Shown one piece after another: positions 12,156 through 24,092 of a stretch of DNA of 64,000 nucleotides. The notes below the pieces were generated by a model that searched no databases, was not told where the DNA came from, and was given only the letters and a program-made list of their open reading frames with translations. The position numbers and the translations under genes are program-made. Numbering within the stretch: position 1 is the first letter of the stretch; every line of letters starts with the position of its first letter. The stretch comes from Pristiophorus japonicus. Taxonomy: Eukaryota. The DNA lies in NCBI RefSeq assembly GCF_044704955.1, contig NC_091988.1, forward strand, positions 162,192,001-162,256,000, given 5' to 3'.

Positions 12156-13496
12156 GGGCCCAAGTTTGCCCCCAGGGTTAGAACGGCGCATCTCTGTGTG
12201 GTGCACCGACTTTTTGAAACAGAAACAGCGTGTATTATTTACCTTGGTATTCTCCCCTCCGTCTGGTCAATCCAGGCCAAGCCCGGTGGAGGGCGGAGCG
12301 AGGTCCCGGCGCTGAAAACAGTGCCGGCACCTCTGCACATGCACGCTGGAGTGTGCATGCATGTGCAGTAGCTCCAGGACCCGAGGCGGCGTGGGAGGGG
12401 CCGAAGCACTCCGCCCCTAGCCATGGCCGAATGGGGCCTCCTTCCCTCCTCCCCGTTTAGCTCCCACTCACCCCCGCTTCCTCCCTCCCATTTAGCTCCT
12501 GCTCCCCACCGCCCCCCCCACACAATGTCATCGTTGGTGGGGCCCGACCAGCATCTTGCTGGGGGAGGGCCCTGCCCGAAGTCTTCGGCGGCCCGGCTTG
12601 GCTTCTACATCCTCGGCGGGGCCCGCCCGCCCCGCCCGAAGTCTTCGGCGCGGCCCGTTCAGCCTCCCTCTACCCACCTCTCCTCTTCCCCCCCTCTCCT
12701 CCTCCTCCCCCTCCTCTCCCCCTCCCCTCCCTCCTCTCTCCCTTCCCCCTCCTCCCTCCCTACCCCCTCTCTCCTTCCCTCCCTACCCCCTCCCTCCCTC
12801 CCCCTCTTCTTCTCCCTCTCCCTCCCCCTCCTCTCTCCCCTCCCCTCCCTCCTCTCTCTCCCTTCCCCCTCCTCCCTCCCTACCCCCTCTCTCCCTACCC
12901 CCTCCCTCTCCCTCTCCCCCTCCCCCTCGCTGTCAGAAACACAGAGAGACACTGACAGAGAGAGAGACACTGGGGGGGCCCCATCCCAGCATGCTGTTGG
13001 AGGGCTCCGAGTGTTGCAGTCGGTGAGTAGAAACGTAATTTTTTATTTATTGATTTTTTTTTAATTTTCTTTTTATTTTTAATTTTTTGATTTTTTTTGA
13101 TTGATTTATTGATTTATTTATCATTTATTATTGATGATGGCTTTTTGTTTGTAAAAGTGAAGTGTTAAATGTTTGTAAACCCCCCTCCCCCCCCCCATCT
13201 CTTGTTCTCTACGCCTGATTTAGAAGTGTAGGCAAGGTTTTTCTGAGCATACAAAAATCTACACTTATTCCATTCTAAGTTAGTTTGGAGTAAATTTTCA
13301 CTGCCTAAACTTGCAAAACTGCCATAAGTATCTGGACATGCCCCCTTCTGGAAAAAAAATCTGTTCCACAATAGAACTATTGTAACTCACTCGAACTGGA
13401 GCAAACTAAATGCCGAGAATTGCAGTTTCTAAGATGCTCCATTCGAAACTAGTTGTTCCAAAAAAATAGGAGCAACTCGGGCCGAAACTTGAGCCC
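12156..13496. mobile_element. PIF/Harbinger-type non-autonomous DNA transposon
   Basis: TIRs gggcccaagtttg / cgaaacttgagccc; 3-bp TSD AAT at 12153-12155 and 13497-13499; the flanks rejoin into a continuous Tx1 3' UTR. Confidence 0.85.
12663..12928. repeat. Polypyrimidine/polypurine low-complexity tract
   Basis: ~265 bp almost entirely C/T, with an internal repeated ~45-bp block. Confidence 0.95.
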
Positions 13497-14034
13497 AATA
13501 AGGGGGCATTTAATTTATAGGTTCAACTAAAATAGTTGCAGAGTTGGCCGAGGTTCAGGATGGAACAGAGCAGGAGACATGAAAAATGGCTGAACTGTTT
13601 CAGTCCATATACCAGCCCTGGCCCATCAACTGATCTCATTCAGCTGGATATGTAGGGGAGCCGCATTGAGGGAGAGTTAGCGTCTTCCAAAGCCATAGGT
13701 GGAGATCACCAGGATCCAAGGCAGCATGTTTATCACTGGTGCCAGAACTGTCTCAACCTCAATGCGGAGGATTGCATGAAGAGGATACAGCTCATAAGTG
13801 AAGCCTTCTCCTGGAACTAGATCTGGAACCAAGAGCAATATTAGTACAGGTTTTACGACTTTGTTTTTGCAAGGTTCTTATCTTTCTAAGTACTTTTTGT
13901 CAGGCTTAACTCATTATAGCAATGATATCTCTGGCTTGTGGTAATCTGGAGCCTATCTCCAATTGCACTGAAGCTGTCCATTATTGCATCATGGGGAGCA
14001 ACTAACCGTCTTGTCCTTTCATTTCCCACAGCCT

Positions 14035-14270
14035 ACTACAGCAGCAACTTGCATGTATATAGCAGCTTTGCTGTAATAAAATGTCCCAAGGCATTTCAGA
14101 AGTGCGTTATCAAACATAATTTGACACCATAAGAAGATGTTAGGACAGGTGACCAAAAGCTTGGTCAGTGGTAGTTTATAAGGAGAGTCTTAAAGGAGGA
14201 GGGAAAGGTAGAGAGGCAGAGAGGTTTAGGGAGGGTATGCCAGAGCTTAGGGCCTAGGCAGCTGATGCAA
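14035..14270 (-). mobile_element. L2 LINE 3' end
   Basis: aacttgcatgtatatagc...gaccaaaagcttggtc...gagaggtttagggaggg; homologous to 18457-18655 and 20332-20852. Confidence 0.8.
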
Positions 14271-14794
14271 CAGCATGCTGATACTGCATGCAATGTAATG
14301 TAGCTATGAAAGGAGGCAGACAGCAAAAGCTAATAGCTTTGTAAGGACCCTGTTTGATGGTCCAATGTTATCCTGCCAGCCATTTTAGGTACGTGGATAG
14401 ATGAGGCTACAAATTCTGCAGTGCTGTTGCATCACTGGAAGTGCAAGGGTGGGCAGAACTTTCACCTGCCACATTGACCCCGTCCGAAAACACAAGAACA
14501 GGGTCATTTAAATAGTAGGAGCAGTTCGCCCGCACCTGTAGTGATGCAGCAGAGCTGACAGCCACAGAGAGGCAGCAGCTCTGAGAAGATTGGCCTGAGG
14601 GCAGGTTGGCCCACAGATGGAGAATAGCCAAAATAAACTCAATAAAAGAAGCCACAGTAAAGGCCCAGTGTGGAGTGAGATGGGCCAGAAGACGGATTTC
14701 TAACCTCAGATCCATGAGTTGAGAATCAGGACAGTCTGTCACAAAGCCCTGGATAGAGTGCTTCATGGAGCCAGCTGTTCGAGAAGCAAGGGAA

Positions 14795-15131
14795 GAAAAG
14801 AAAGCAAGAAAGAAAGTACGTGCATTTATATAGCGTCTTTCATCATGTCAGGATGTCCCAAAGCATTTTCCAGACAATACAATACCTTTTGAAATGTAAT
14901 CACTATTGTAACGTAGGAAACACAGCAGCCAATTTGCACGTAGCAAGCTCCCACAGACAACAATGAAATAAATGACCAGATCATTTGTTGTTTAAGTGTT
15001 GGCTGTGGGATAAATATTAGCCAGGCCACTAGGGAGAAATCGCCTGATCCAATTTGAATAGTGCCATAGGAAGCTAAACATCCATCTGAGGGGGCAGATA
15101 GGACCTCAGTTTAACGGCTCATCTGAAAGAC
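14795..15131 (-). mobile_element. DeuSINE (SacSINE1-like)
   Basis: tgcatttatatagcgtctttc...gcagccaatttgc...atagtgccatagg...tcatctgaaagaca. Confidence 0.8.
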
Positions 15132-15142
15132 ATGGGGGGGGG

Positions 15143-18100
15143 GGGGCCGAAGTTTCCCCCTTTTATAACTCCGTTAGTGCCTCCGGGGGCTGCTAACGGG
15201 ACGAAATGGAGTTTTCGCCTGGGGGAGGGGGTGCTACCGCCTCCTGGGAAATTGCCCCGGAGGTTTGAGGGGGTGCTGTCCCGGCAGCACCGCAGTTAGC
15301 GCCCCGGGCCGGTGCGCAATTGGCAATGATACCATTGCCGTGCGTGGCAAACCCTCACCACCCCACGCCGACACCTTTCCGCCCCACGGGGTTAATTGCT
15401 CCGCAGGCCGGGAGGCTGGCGTGGATGGATGTCAACGCTAGCTTCGCGGGTGTCGGGCAGCTGGACGGGTCGATCGCATCCCTGGTGGCCCAGTGGCGGC
15501 CAGCAAAGGGCCTGCAGAGTGGACAGAGGTCCTCCCCTTTCATGGAAGGAGGCCCCTTAAAGGAAACGCAGCATCGGAGACAGCGCTCCGCTTCCTTTGT
15601 GGGGCGTACGGCTCAATTCCGCATCAGGGGCAGTACTTCCCGTCTGGGTGCAGGAAGTCCCCGTCCTGAAGGTTACTGCCCCCAATAAGAACATAAGAAT
15701 TAGAATTAGGAACAGGAGTAGGCCATCTAGCCCCTCGAGCCTGCTCCGCCACTCAACAAGATCATGGCTGGTCTGGCCATGGACTCGGCTCCACTTACCC
15801 GCCCACTCCCCATAACCTTTAATTCCCTTATTGGTTAAAAATCTATCTAGCTGTGATTTGAATACATTCAATGAGCTAGCCTCAACTGCTTCCCTGGGCA
15901 GAGAATTCCACAGATTCACAACCCTGTGGGAGAAGAAATTCCTTCTCAACTCGGTTTTAAATTGGCTCCCCCGTATTTTGAGGCTGTGCCCCCTAGTTCT
16001 AGTCTCCCCGACCAGTGGAAACAACCTCTCTGCCTCTATCTTGTCTATCCCTTTCATTATTTTAAATGTTTCTATAAGATCCCCCCTCATCCTTCTGAAC
16101 TCCAACGAGTAAAGACCCAGTCTACTCAATCTATCATCATAAGGTAACCCCCTCATCTCCGGAATCAGCCTAGTGAATCGTCTCTATACCCCCTCCAAAG
16201 CTAGTATATCCTTCCTTAAGTAAGGTGACCAAAACTGCACGCAGTACTCCAGGTGCGGCCTCACCAATACCCTGTACAGTTGCAGCAGGACCTCCCTGCT
16301 TTTGTACTCCATCCCTCTCGCAATGAAGGCCAACATTTCATTCGCCTTCCTGATTACCTGCTGCACCTGCAAACTAACTTTTTGGGATTCATGTACAAGG
16401 ACCCCCAGGTCCCTCTGCACCGCAGCATGTTGTAATTTCTTCCCATTCAAATAATATTCCCTTTTACTGTTTTTTTTTCCCAAGGTGGATGATCTCATAT
16501 TTTCCGACATTGTATTCCATCTGCCAAACCTTAGCCCATTCGCTTAACCTATCTAAATCTCTTTGCAGCCTCTCTGTGTCCTCTACACAACCCGCTTTCC
16601 CACTAATCTTTGTGTCATCTGCAAATTTTGTTACACTACCCTCTGTCCCCTCTTCCAGGTCATCTATGTATATTGTAAACAGTTGTGGTCCCAGCACCGA
16701 TCCCTGTGGCACACCACTAACCACCGATTTCCAACCTGAAAAGGACCCATTTATCCCGACTCTCTGCTTTCTGTTAGCCAGCCAATTCTCTATCCATGCT
16801 AATACATTTCCTCTGACTCCGCGTACCTTTATCTTCTGCAGTAACCTTTTGTGTGGCACCTTATCGAATGCCTTTTGGAAATCTAAATACACCACATCCA
16901 TCGGTACACCTCTATCCAACATGCTCGTTATATCCTCAAAGAATTCCAGTAAATTAGTTAAACATGATTTCCCCTTCATGAATCCATGTTGCGTCTGCTT
17001 GATTGCACTATTCCTATCTAGATGTCCCGCTATTTCTTCCTTAATGATAGCTTCAAGCATTTTCCCCACTACAGATGTTAAACTAACCGGCCTATAGTTA
17101 AATGCCTTATGTCTGCCCCATTTTTTAAACAGAGGCGTTGCATTAGCTGCTTTCCAATCCGCTGGTACCTCCCCAGAGTACAGAGAATTTTGGTAGATTA
17201 TAACGAATGCATCTGCTATAACTTCCGCCATCTCTTTTAATACCCTGGGATGCATTTCATCAGGACCAGGGGACTTGTCTACCTTGAGTCCCATTAGCCT
17301 GTCCAGCACTACCCCCTAGGGATAGTGATTGTCTCAAGGTCCTCCCTTCCCACATTCTCGTGACCAGCAATTTTTGGCATGGTTTTTGTGTCTTCCACTG
17401 TGAAGACCGAAGCAAAATAATTGTTTAAGGTCTCAGCCATTTCCTCATTTCCCATTATTAAATCCCCCTTCTCATCTTCTAAGGGACCAACATTTACTTT
17501 AGTCACTCTTTTCCGTTTTATATATCGGTAAAAGCTTTTACTATCTGTTTTTATGTTTTGCGCAAGTTTACTTTCGTAATCTATCTTTCCTTTCTTTATT
17601 GCTTTCTTAGTCATTCTTTGCTGTCGTTTAAAATTTTCCCAATCTTCTAGTTTCCCACTAACCGTGGCCACCTTATACGCATTGGTTTTTAATTTGATAC
17701 TCTCTTTTATTTCCTTGGTAATCCACGGCTGGTTATCCGTTCTCTTACCGCCCTTCTTTTTCACTGGAATATATTTTTGTTGAGCACAATGAAAGAGCTC
17801 CGTAAAAGTCTCCCACTGTTCCTCAATTGTGCCATCGTTTAGTCTGTGTTCCCAGTCTACTTTAGCCAACTCTGCCCTCATCCCACTGTAGTCCCCTTTG
17901 TTTAAGCATAGTACGTTCGTTTGAGACGCTACTTCCTCATCCTCAATCTGTATTACAAATTCAACCATACTGTGATCGCTCATTCCGAGAGGATCTTTTA
18001 CTAGGAGATCGTTTACTATTCCTGTCTCATTACACAGGACCAGATCTAAGATAGCTTGCTCCCTTGTAGGTTCTGTAATATACTGTTCTAAAAAACAATC

Positions 18101-18216
18101 CCGTATGCATTCTATTAATTCCTCCTCAAGACTACCCCATGCGATTTGATTTAACCAATCGATATGTAGGTTAAAATCCCCCATGATTACAATCGGGGCG
18201 AAGGCAATTTTGAGTC
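15143..18216. mobile_element. Harbinger-type MITE interrupted by a CR1 (15687-18190)
   Basis: Left end ggggccgaagtttcccc; GC-rich body to 15686; remainder aatcggggcgaaggcaattttgagtc after the CR1; CAAT on both sides of the CR1. Confidence 0.6.
15687..18190 (-). mobile_element. CR1 LINE (subfamily B), 5'-truncated inside the APE domain
   Basis: Minus-strand ORFs 17309-18184 (MGDFN, SDH), 16464-17309 ([28 protein letters not shown]) and C-terminal fragments; (TTCTTATG)n tail. Confidence 0.96.
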
Positions 18217-18456
18217 TGTGATATTTCGAATTTCATTCCATTTGAATCTTACGTCCTGTCAGTGACTCACTCCATTATTGTCCCATTGATACATATTGTG
18301 TAATATATTATTACGACTACACTCTGTCTCATTATTATTGATGATGCCCACTTAAACCTTACTGACACGACCTGATTGTAAATGAAAAGTTATCAACTAA
18401 GATGAACACACATAAGGAAAATCTGGAATAGACAGAAATTAAGTATGTCAGTAAAT

Positions 18457-18655
18457 ACAACAACAATTTGCATTTATATAGCACCTTCAACGTAGTAAAA
18501 TATCCTAAGGTGCTTCACACGAGCATTATCAAACAAAATTTGACACCAAGCCACATAAGGAGATATTACGACAGGTGACCAAAAGTTTGATCAAAGAGGT
18601 AAGTTTTAAGGAGGGTCTTAAAGGAGGAAAATGAGGCGGGGAGGTTTTGGGAGCT
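18457..18655 (-). mobile_element. L2 LINE 3' end
   Basis: acaacaacaatttgcatttatatagcacc...gaccaaaagtttgatcaaagaggt. Confidence 0.8.
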
Positions 18656-19412
18656 TAAATGCAGAGTGATATTGGCAGTCGTTGTGGAGAATGAGGAACT
18701 CAGACCTGTCTGGGCTCTGAATAGAGACAACTGCATGACAGTGAAAGGCAGAGAAGAAGAAAAACTACAGGAGGGAGGTTAGGAGAAAGAAATAAATAAT
18801 GGACATTCAATGGAACAGAGAGTCTGGAGGTCAAAGAATACTCTTCCCTTGTAGTCAGAAAAGTATGTGTCTCAGGCACCTTGACATCATCAAATGATGC
18901 ATCCCTTTTTGCATTTCTGTGCTTAAAATTGCACTGCAAGCCATCCCTGTGATCCTGATAACAGCTTTTACTCTATACTGGGAGAGCAATGTGATGCAGT
19001 AATACCAGGGTGATCTTCTTTGGTACAGCTCACAAGTAGAAGGTTGCCAGTTGAAGCAGCAGCAGAGTTCATTTCCAACTGGGAGCCAGCAGAGCATAAT
19101 TCGATTACTGTCTAGATTTCCAGCTTTATGCTTGAAGGCACTCGGAAGGAGGCAGTCAGTAATAGGTCACTGGCCAGCAAACTGCAACAGCACCAACTGC
19201 ATGACAAATAGTTGGAAGCTTAACCCCTTTGTGTTCAGACATCCAGCCAGAGGTGTTTGAACCATGCGCCCGTAAGATAAGACTTATGGTAGAAATGGTT
19301 TCTGTGATTTTTTTATGATGGCAGTCAATTCAGCTTTACCACAGAATAGGTTGTCGAACCAGAACAATTGATTTATTCCTTGGAGATAGACAATGCATTA
19401 AAAATAAATAAT

Positions 19413-19556
19413 TCGCCCGGAATTTCCACTGAGATACTCCACCACTGTACCATCGCGGCAAGTGCGGTGGAGGTCCCGTTAACGCGCATGAATGGTGTTC
19501 ACTTTCGGTGAAGTTATGGTGATGGAATGGAAGCAGCTCAGAGAAAATCTCAGTCA
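19413..19556. mobile_element. Possible short decayed MITE
   Basis: Imperfect inverted ends cgcccggaatttccactgag / ctcagagaaaatctcagtc; CpG-rich patch in AT-rich DNA. Confidence 0.4.
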
Positions 19557-20331
19557 TAGTGTTCCTTTTGCAAACATTGGTTGTGTTAATCTGTATTGTA
19601 TGCACTATTAGCAAACACTGGTATTAGATGCTGTCAGCAATTGTACACCAGAAACATATCACAGCTTCTGTTTTCAGTGCACTTTAGTAGCTGTATGAAG
19701 CGAGTGTTGCTACAACAGTAGTTTACAGATGCATTATTTTATGTGGTTTGTGTGTTCAAGCGGTGGCCATAAATATTTCATGTTGTTTGAGGCTGTGGTA
19801 TATCTGAGTGCATTGTGAGGGGCATGTTTTAAGACAGTACTTCCATTCATTGGCCTATTTCTGAAGCATTAATAAATAATATGTGGCGTGGTCAAAAAGT
19901 TGTATACTGAGAGTTGGGCTGGATATGATTTCCTCTGTAAAGGAGGGAGACAAAACAGTGAATATCTTTTCTCGCTGGTGTATCAGTCAAATATCGTTTG
20001 CGCCAGTATGTATGTTCTTTAGCCTTTTGGCACAGGAGGAAATGTACCATCAACTGCCACATTCCCAGGAGCAGGTAAGGATCCTGCAGCTACGTTACTG
20101 GGAGTGTGTGTGGGGGGTCCGAATCTTGCGGGGGTGGGGGGGGCAGATCCTGGGTGGGGGGGAGGTGGGTATATCAAGACTTATTTAAATGGCCAACTTG
20201 CCTCCTGGGAGCAGGTTGATTCCCCGCATCTGTTACAACATGAAGTGGCCAGGTTAGAGTCGGATTTGAGATTTAAAAAATTTTAACACCCACCCGACCC
20301 CAATCCACCCGTTTTCTGTGGTTAAAGTTAT

Positions 20332-20852
20332 AACAACAACAACAACTTTTATTTTTATAGCACCTTTAAAGTAGTAAAATGTCCCAAGGTGCTTCACAGC
20401 AGTGTTATATGAGAAAACAAATAAATTTGACACTGAACCACGTAAGAAGAAATTACGGCAGATGACCAAAAGCTTGCTCAAAGAGGTAGGTTTCGAGGAG
20501 CGTCTTAAAGGAGGAAAGAGAGGCGGAGAGGTTTAGGGAGGGAGTTATAGAGCTTAGGGCCCAGGCAGATGAAGGCACGGCCACCAATGGTTGAACGATT
20601 ATAATCAGGGATGTTCAAGTGTGCAGAATTAGAGGAGTACAGACATCTCATGCGATTGTGGGGCTGGAGCAGATTACAGAGACAGGGAGGAACGAGGCCA
20701 TGGAGGGATTTGTAAACAAGGATGAGAATTTTGAAATCGAGGCGTTGCTTAACCAGGAGCTAATGTAGATCAGCGAGTACAGGGGTGATGGGTGATTGGG
20801 ACTTGGTGTGAGTTAGGACATGGGCAACTGAGTTTTGGATGACCTCAAGTTT
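20332..20852 (-). mobile_element. L2 LINE 3' portion
   Basis: (TTG)n tail; minus strand encodes an ITPVLADLH.LLVKQRLDFKILILVYKSLHGL-type L2 C-terminus. Confidence 0.88.
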
Positions 20853-20857
20853 ATCCC

Positions 20858-20962
20858 CAAAGTGTCAGTTCAGGTTATGTGTTGAAGTCTCCGGAGTGCA
20901 GCTCAAACCTTTCTTCTACTACCTCAGTGGTGAGAGCATTACCGTTGAGCCAAGACTGACAC
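20858..20962 (-). mobile_element. tRNA-derived SINE head (SacSINE1-like)
   Basis: Minus strand tgtcagtcttggctcaacggtaatgctctcacc..., homologous to the head at 5930-6022. Confidence 0.6.
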
Positions 20963-22168
20963 CAAGAGTGAATCAGCATCAAGTGTTCTTGGATTGCTAG
21001 GCCTCTAGTACTCTTAGTTTGACTCTGCCATGCTGATGTTGAAACAAAAATTCACTTAATCTCTTAATCCTGTCAGTTTTAATCTGCACCTATCCTCTAC
21101 AAAATTCAAAACTTAACAAAAAAATCTGAAAAAGGATTTATCCAGTGTTTGTGCACTATTCTCCTGATGGAATGCTGAAAAAAATGGCCATCGGGGCAAA
21201 ACAATAGCTTTGCTTCTTGGGCTGGAACCTTTGCTTGTATCTAATTAAAAGTGCTTGCATGGGTTTGAAGTTGCAATGGCAATCTTAAGGGCCAAATTAA
21301 TTCCCCCAACCCGGTGGGAACGATGCAGGAGGGGGAGGGTTCGCTCCCCCACTATTTTTGCTTGCCTGACCTGAGGCACGAGAAGGCCACCTTCCCCATA
21401 GCAGTGGGGGCCTAATTTAAAAAGCAGCCTGGCTACTCCTGATCTGTGCACGTGATTCGACACCAAGTGCTAGCAACCGCTGTGGTGAGATAGAGCGCTT
21501 GAGTGCTAGTTTAAAAATGGCAACACGGTAACACCTACCTTTTTTTTCCCGTGCAATGACTATTAGAGCAGATTTATCTCAATACAATATGTTACAAGTG
21601 GCTCTGCATCTCAATGTGTTATGAATATTGCTCTCTGTGCCTATTTTTCTGATCCTGTCTCCACCAATAACCTGAACCACCCTGCAGGATCTTAATGGAA
21701 ATGCTGAGGAAGGTAAGCAGCTGTGAAATCAGTTTTGTACGTGGCAGGAAAACTGGCAAAATGAGAAGCGTTCTCAAGCTGCCAGTGACACAGAATGACT
21801 GCCTTGCACTAACAAGGTGATTTTAACTTCTCACATTAGTGGCTGCACCACCAATGATAAGGCCATTCACTCTATCGAGCCCTCTTATTGCAATGGGCCA
21901 GGTACAATTTGTGCTGTCATGGACTCCCTCTGTAATTCATTTATTTAATCTGCTGAGAGAGGTGACTAACTAATGGCAACAAATCCAATAGGAGAAAACC
22001 CCCAAAGACAAGTCACGGGTGGAAAAAAAGCATCCTGACGAATCTCATTTGAAAGATGACAGTGCTAGTTCCAGCAGGTCTAGAGGTATGATGGTCCTAG
22101 AAGTTTCAATCTCCGCACTTATCATAATCTGCTCTTCTTTACATAAGTGACACATTGATCATCTTTTT

Positions 22169-23082
22169 ACAAAGATGGGAGGGAAAGCAATATGTGAGGA
22201 CACAAAAAATCTGCAAAAGGACATAGACAGACTAAGTGAGTGGCCAGAAATTTGGCAGATGAAGTATAATGTTGGAAAGTATGAGGTCATGCACTTTGGC
22301 AGAAAAAAAATCAAAGAGCAAGTTATTATTTAAATGGAGAAAGATTGCAAAGTGTAGCAGTACAGCGGGACCTGGGGTTACTTGTGCGTAACACACAAAA
22401 GGATGGTATGCAGGTACAGCAAGTGATCAGGAAGGTCAATGGAATCTTGGCCTTTATTGCAAAATGGATGGAGTATAAAAGCAGGGAAGTCTTGCTACAG
22501 TTGTACAAGGTCTTGGTGAGGCCACATCTGGAATACTGCGTGCAGTTTTGGTTTCCATATTTAAGAAAGGATACATTTCCTTTGGAGGCAATTAACTAGA
22601 AGGTTCACTAGATTGATTCCGGGGATGAGGGGGTTGACTTATGAGGAAAGGTTGAGTAGGTTGAGCCTCTACTCATTGGAATTCAGAAGAATGAGAGGTG
22701 ATCTTATCAAAATGTATAAGATTATGAGGGGGCTTGACAAGGTGGATTCAGAGAGGATGTTTCCACTGATAGGAGAGGCTAGAATTAGAGGGTATAATCT
22801 TAGCATAAGGGGCCGCCCATTTAAAACTGAAATGAGGAGAAATTTCTTCTCTCAGAGGGTTGTAAATCTGTGGAATTCACTGCTTCAGAGATCTGTGGAA
22901 GCTGGGACATTGAATAAATTTAAGACAGAAATAGACAGTTTCTTAAACCATAAGGGGTTATGGGGAGCGGGCAGGGAAATGGACCCGAGTCCATGATCAG
23001 ATCAGCCATGATCGTATTAAATGGCGGAGCAGGCTTGAGGGGCCGTATAGCCTACTCCTGCTCCTATTTCTTATATTCTTAT
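22169..23082 (+). mobile_element. CR1 LINE (third subfamily), 5'-truncated
   Basis: ORFs 22345-22599 and 22613-22996 are the CR1 ORF2 C-terminus; ttcttatattcttat tail. Confidence 0.94.
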
Positions 23083-23976
23083 CTGATATAAACTAGATCT
23101 CTCTCACATGCACAGAAAATCTACATGCGTTAAACAGAGGTAGATGTCTGACTTCTTATTTCCATTGGGAAACTTGCTCGCTGTTGCAGATTTTGAAAAA
23201 AAAATCCAGGGTTCCCTCAGACTACCTGAACAATTTTTAGAGATACCTACAGTTAATTTAAATGTTCAAACAGTGCAGACAATGGTATGCACTCTCTCCA
23301 AACATTTGAAAGGGTGTTTGAGGGTCCTGCACATGTGTAATCCTGCATGCACTGAGCTCTACTTTGGATTTAAGGATCGGAGTTCCAGGCAGGCATCATA
23401 AGGAGAATTCTGACAGGCTGGAATCAATGTAAATGCAACAATAGAAACCTGATCTAGCCCATCTATGAGAGTTTTCAGTACTTTCCATTGACTGCAGTCT
23501 TAGTGCTTAAGGATGAGTGGTTAGGTATTGTTATCCAGCAGTAGGACTAAGTTTAACAAACTGATTAGCGCAGATGGTACAACATTTGGATGGCTAGCTA
23601 TACAGCTCAAATCAGTGTCAGGGAGCAGCTGGTTGAGTAGGGATGCTTAGATGGAATTATGTACAGCGGATGGGATCAGATGCTTCATGCTAAAGATAGG
23701 ACAGAGCAAACACCTTGCATCTCATTTGCACTGGCGACTGGCGATGATCTGATCGCTGTCTGCCCACAATCTTTGAATGTCGTGTAATGTGGTTGAATTG
23801 TGCGTGCTGAATCAGTCTTGATATAAAATGAACCAAGGATTGGGGTAGGTTTAATGCCAGAAACAATTTGAAGGCATGTACAATTTAAACTTCCCATCGA
23901 TTTGGTGCAGTATTAACTTCATTCCATCTGGTACATTAAAATGCATGTTCCTACATGCATATATTGTATCAGATGT

Positions 23977-24092
23977 ACTACAGCGGTTCAAGAAGAAGGC
24001 TCACCACCATCTTCTCAAGGGCAATTAGCGGTAGGCAATAAATTTTGGCCATGCCAGTGATGCACACATCCTGAGAACGAATATATAAAAAT
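23977..24092 (+). mobile_element. 3' end of the 8741-9964 LINE family
   Basis: gcggttcaagaagaaggctcaccaccatcttctcaagggcaattag...aataaa matches 9860-9960. Confidence 0.8.

Larger units (their letters stand above)
11948..13535 (+). mobile_element. Tx1-clade (L1 group) retrotransposon 3' fragment, interrupted by a MITE at 12156-13496
   Basis: Encodes LFRGYIRVRVSLEIEHAVSTGT..FRERWAPEGLECII, as at 50244-52492; 13-bp TSD ttgcagagttggc at 11935-11947 and 13536-13548. Confidence 0.88.

Noticed and set aside
12423-13064. Pro/Ser/Leu-rich 213-aa ORF and overlapping ORFs
   Set aside because: They are translations of a C/T low-complexity tract that cannot contain stop codons.
16489-17097. Long ORFs antisense to CR1 ORF2 (also 37103-37762, 49184-49936, 53159-53863)
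   Set aside because: Antisense shadows of the RT/APE coding frame, with no independent domain.
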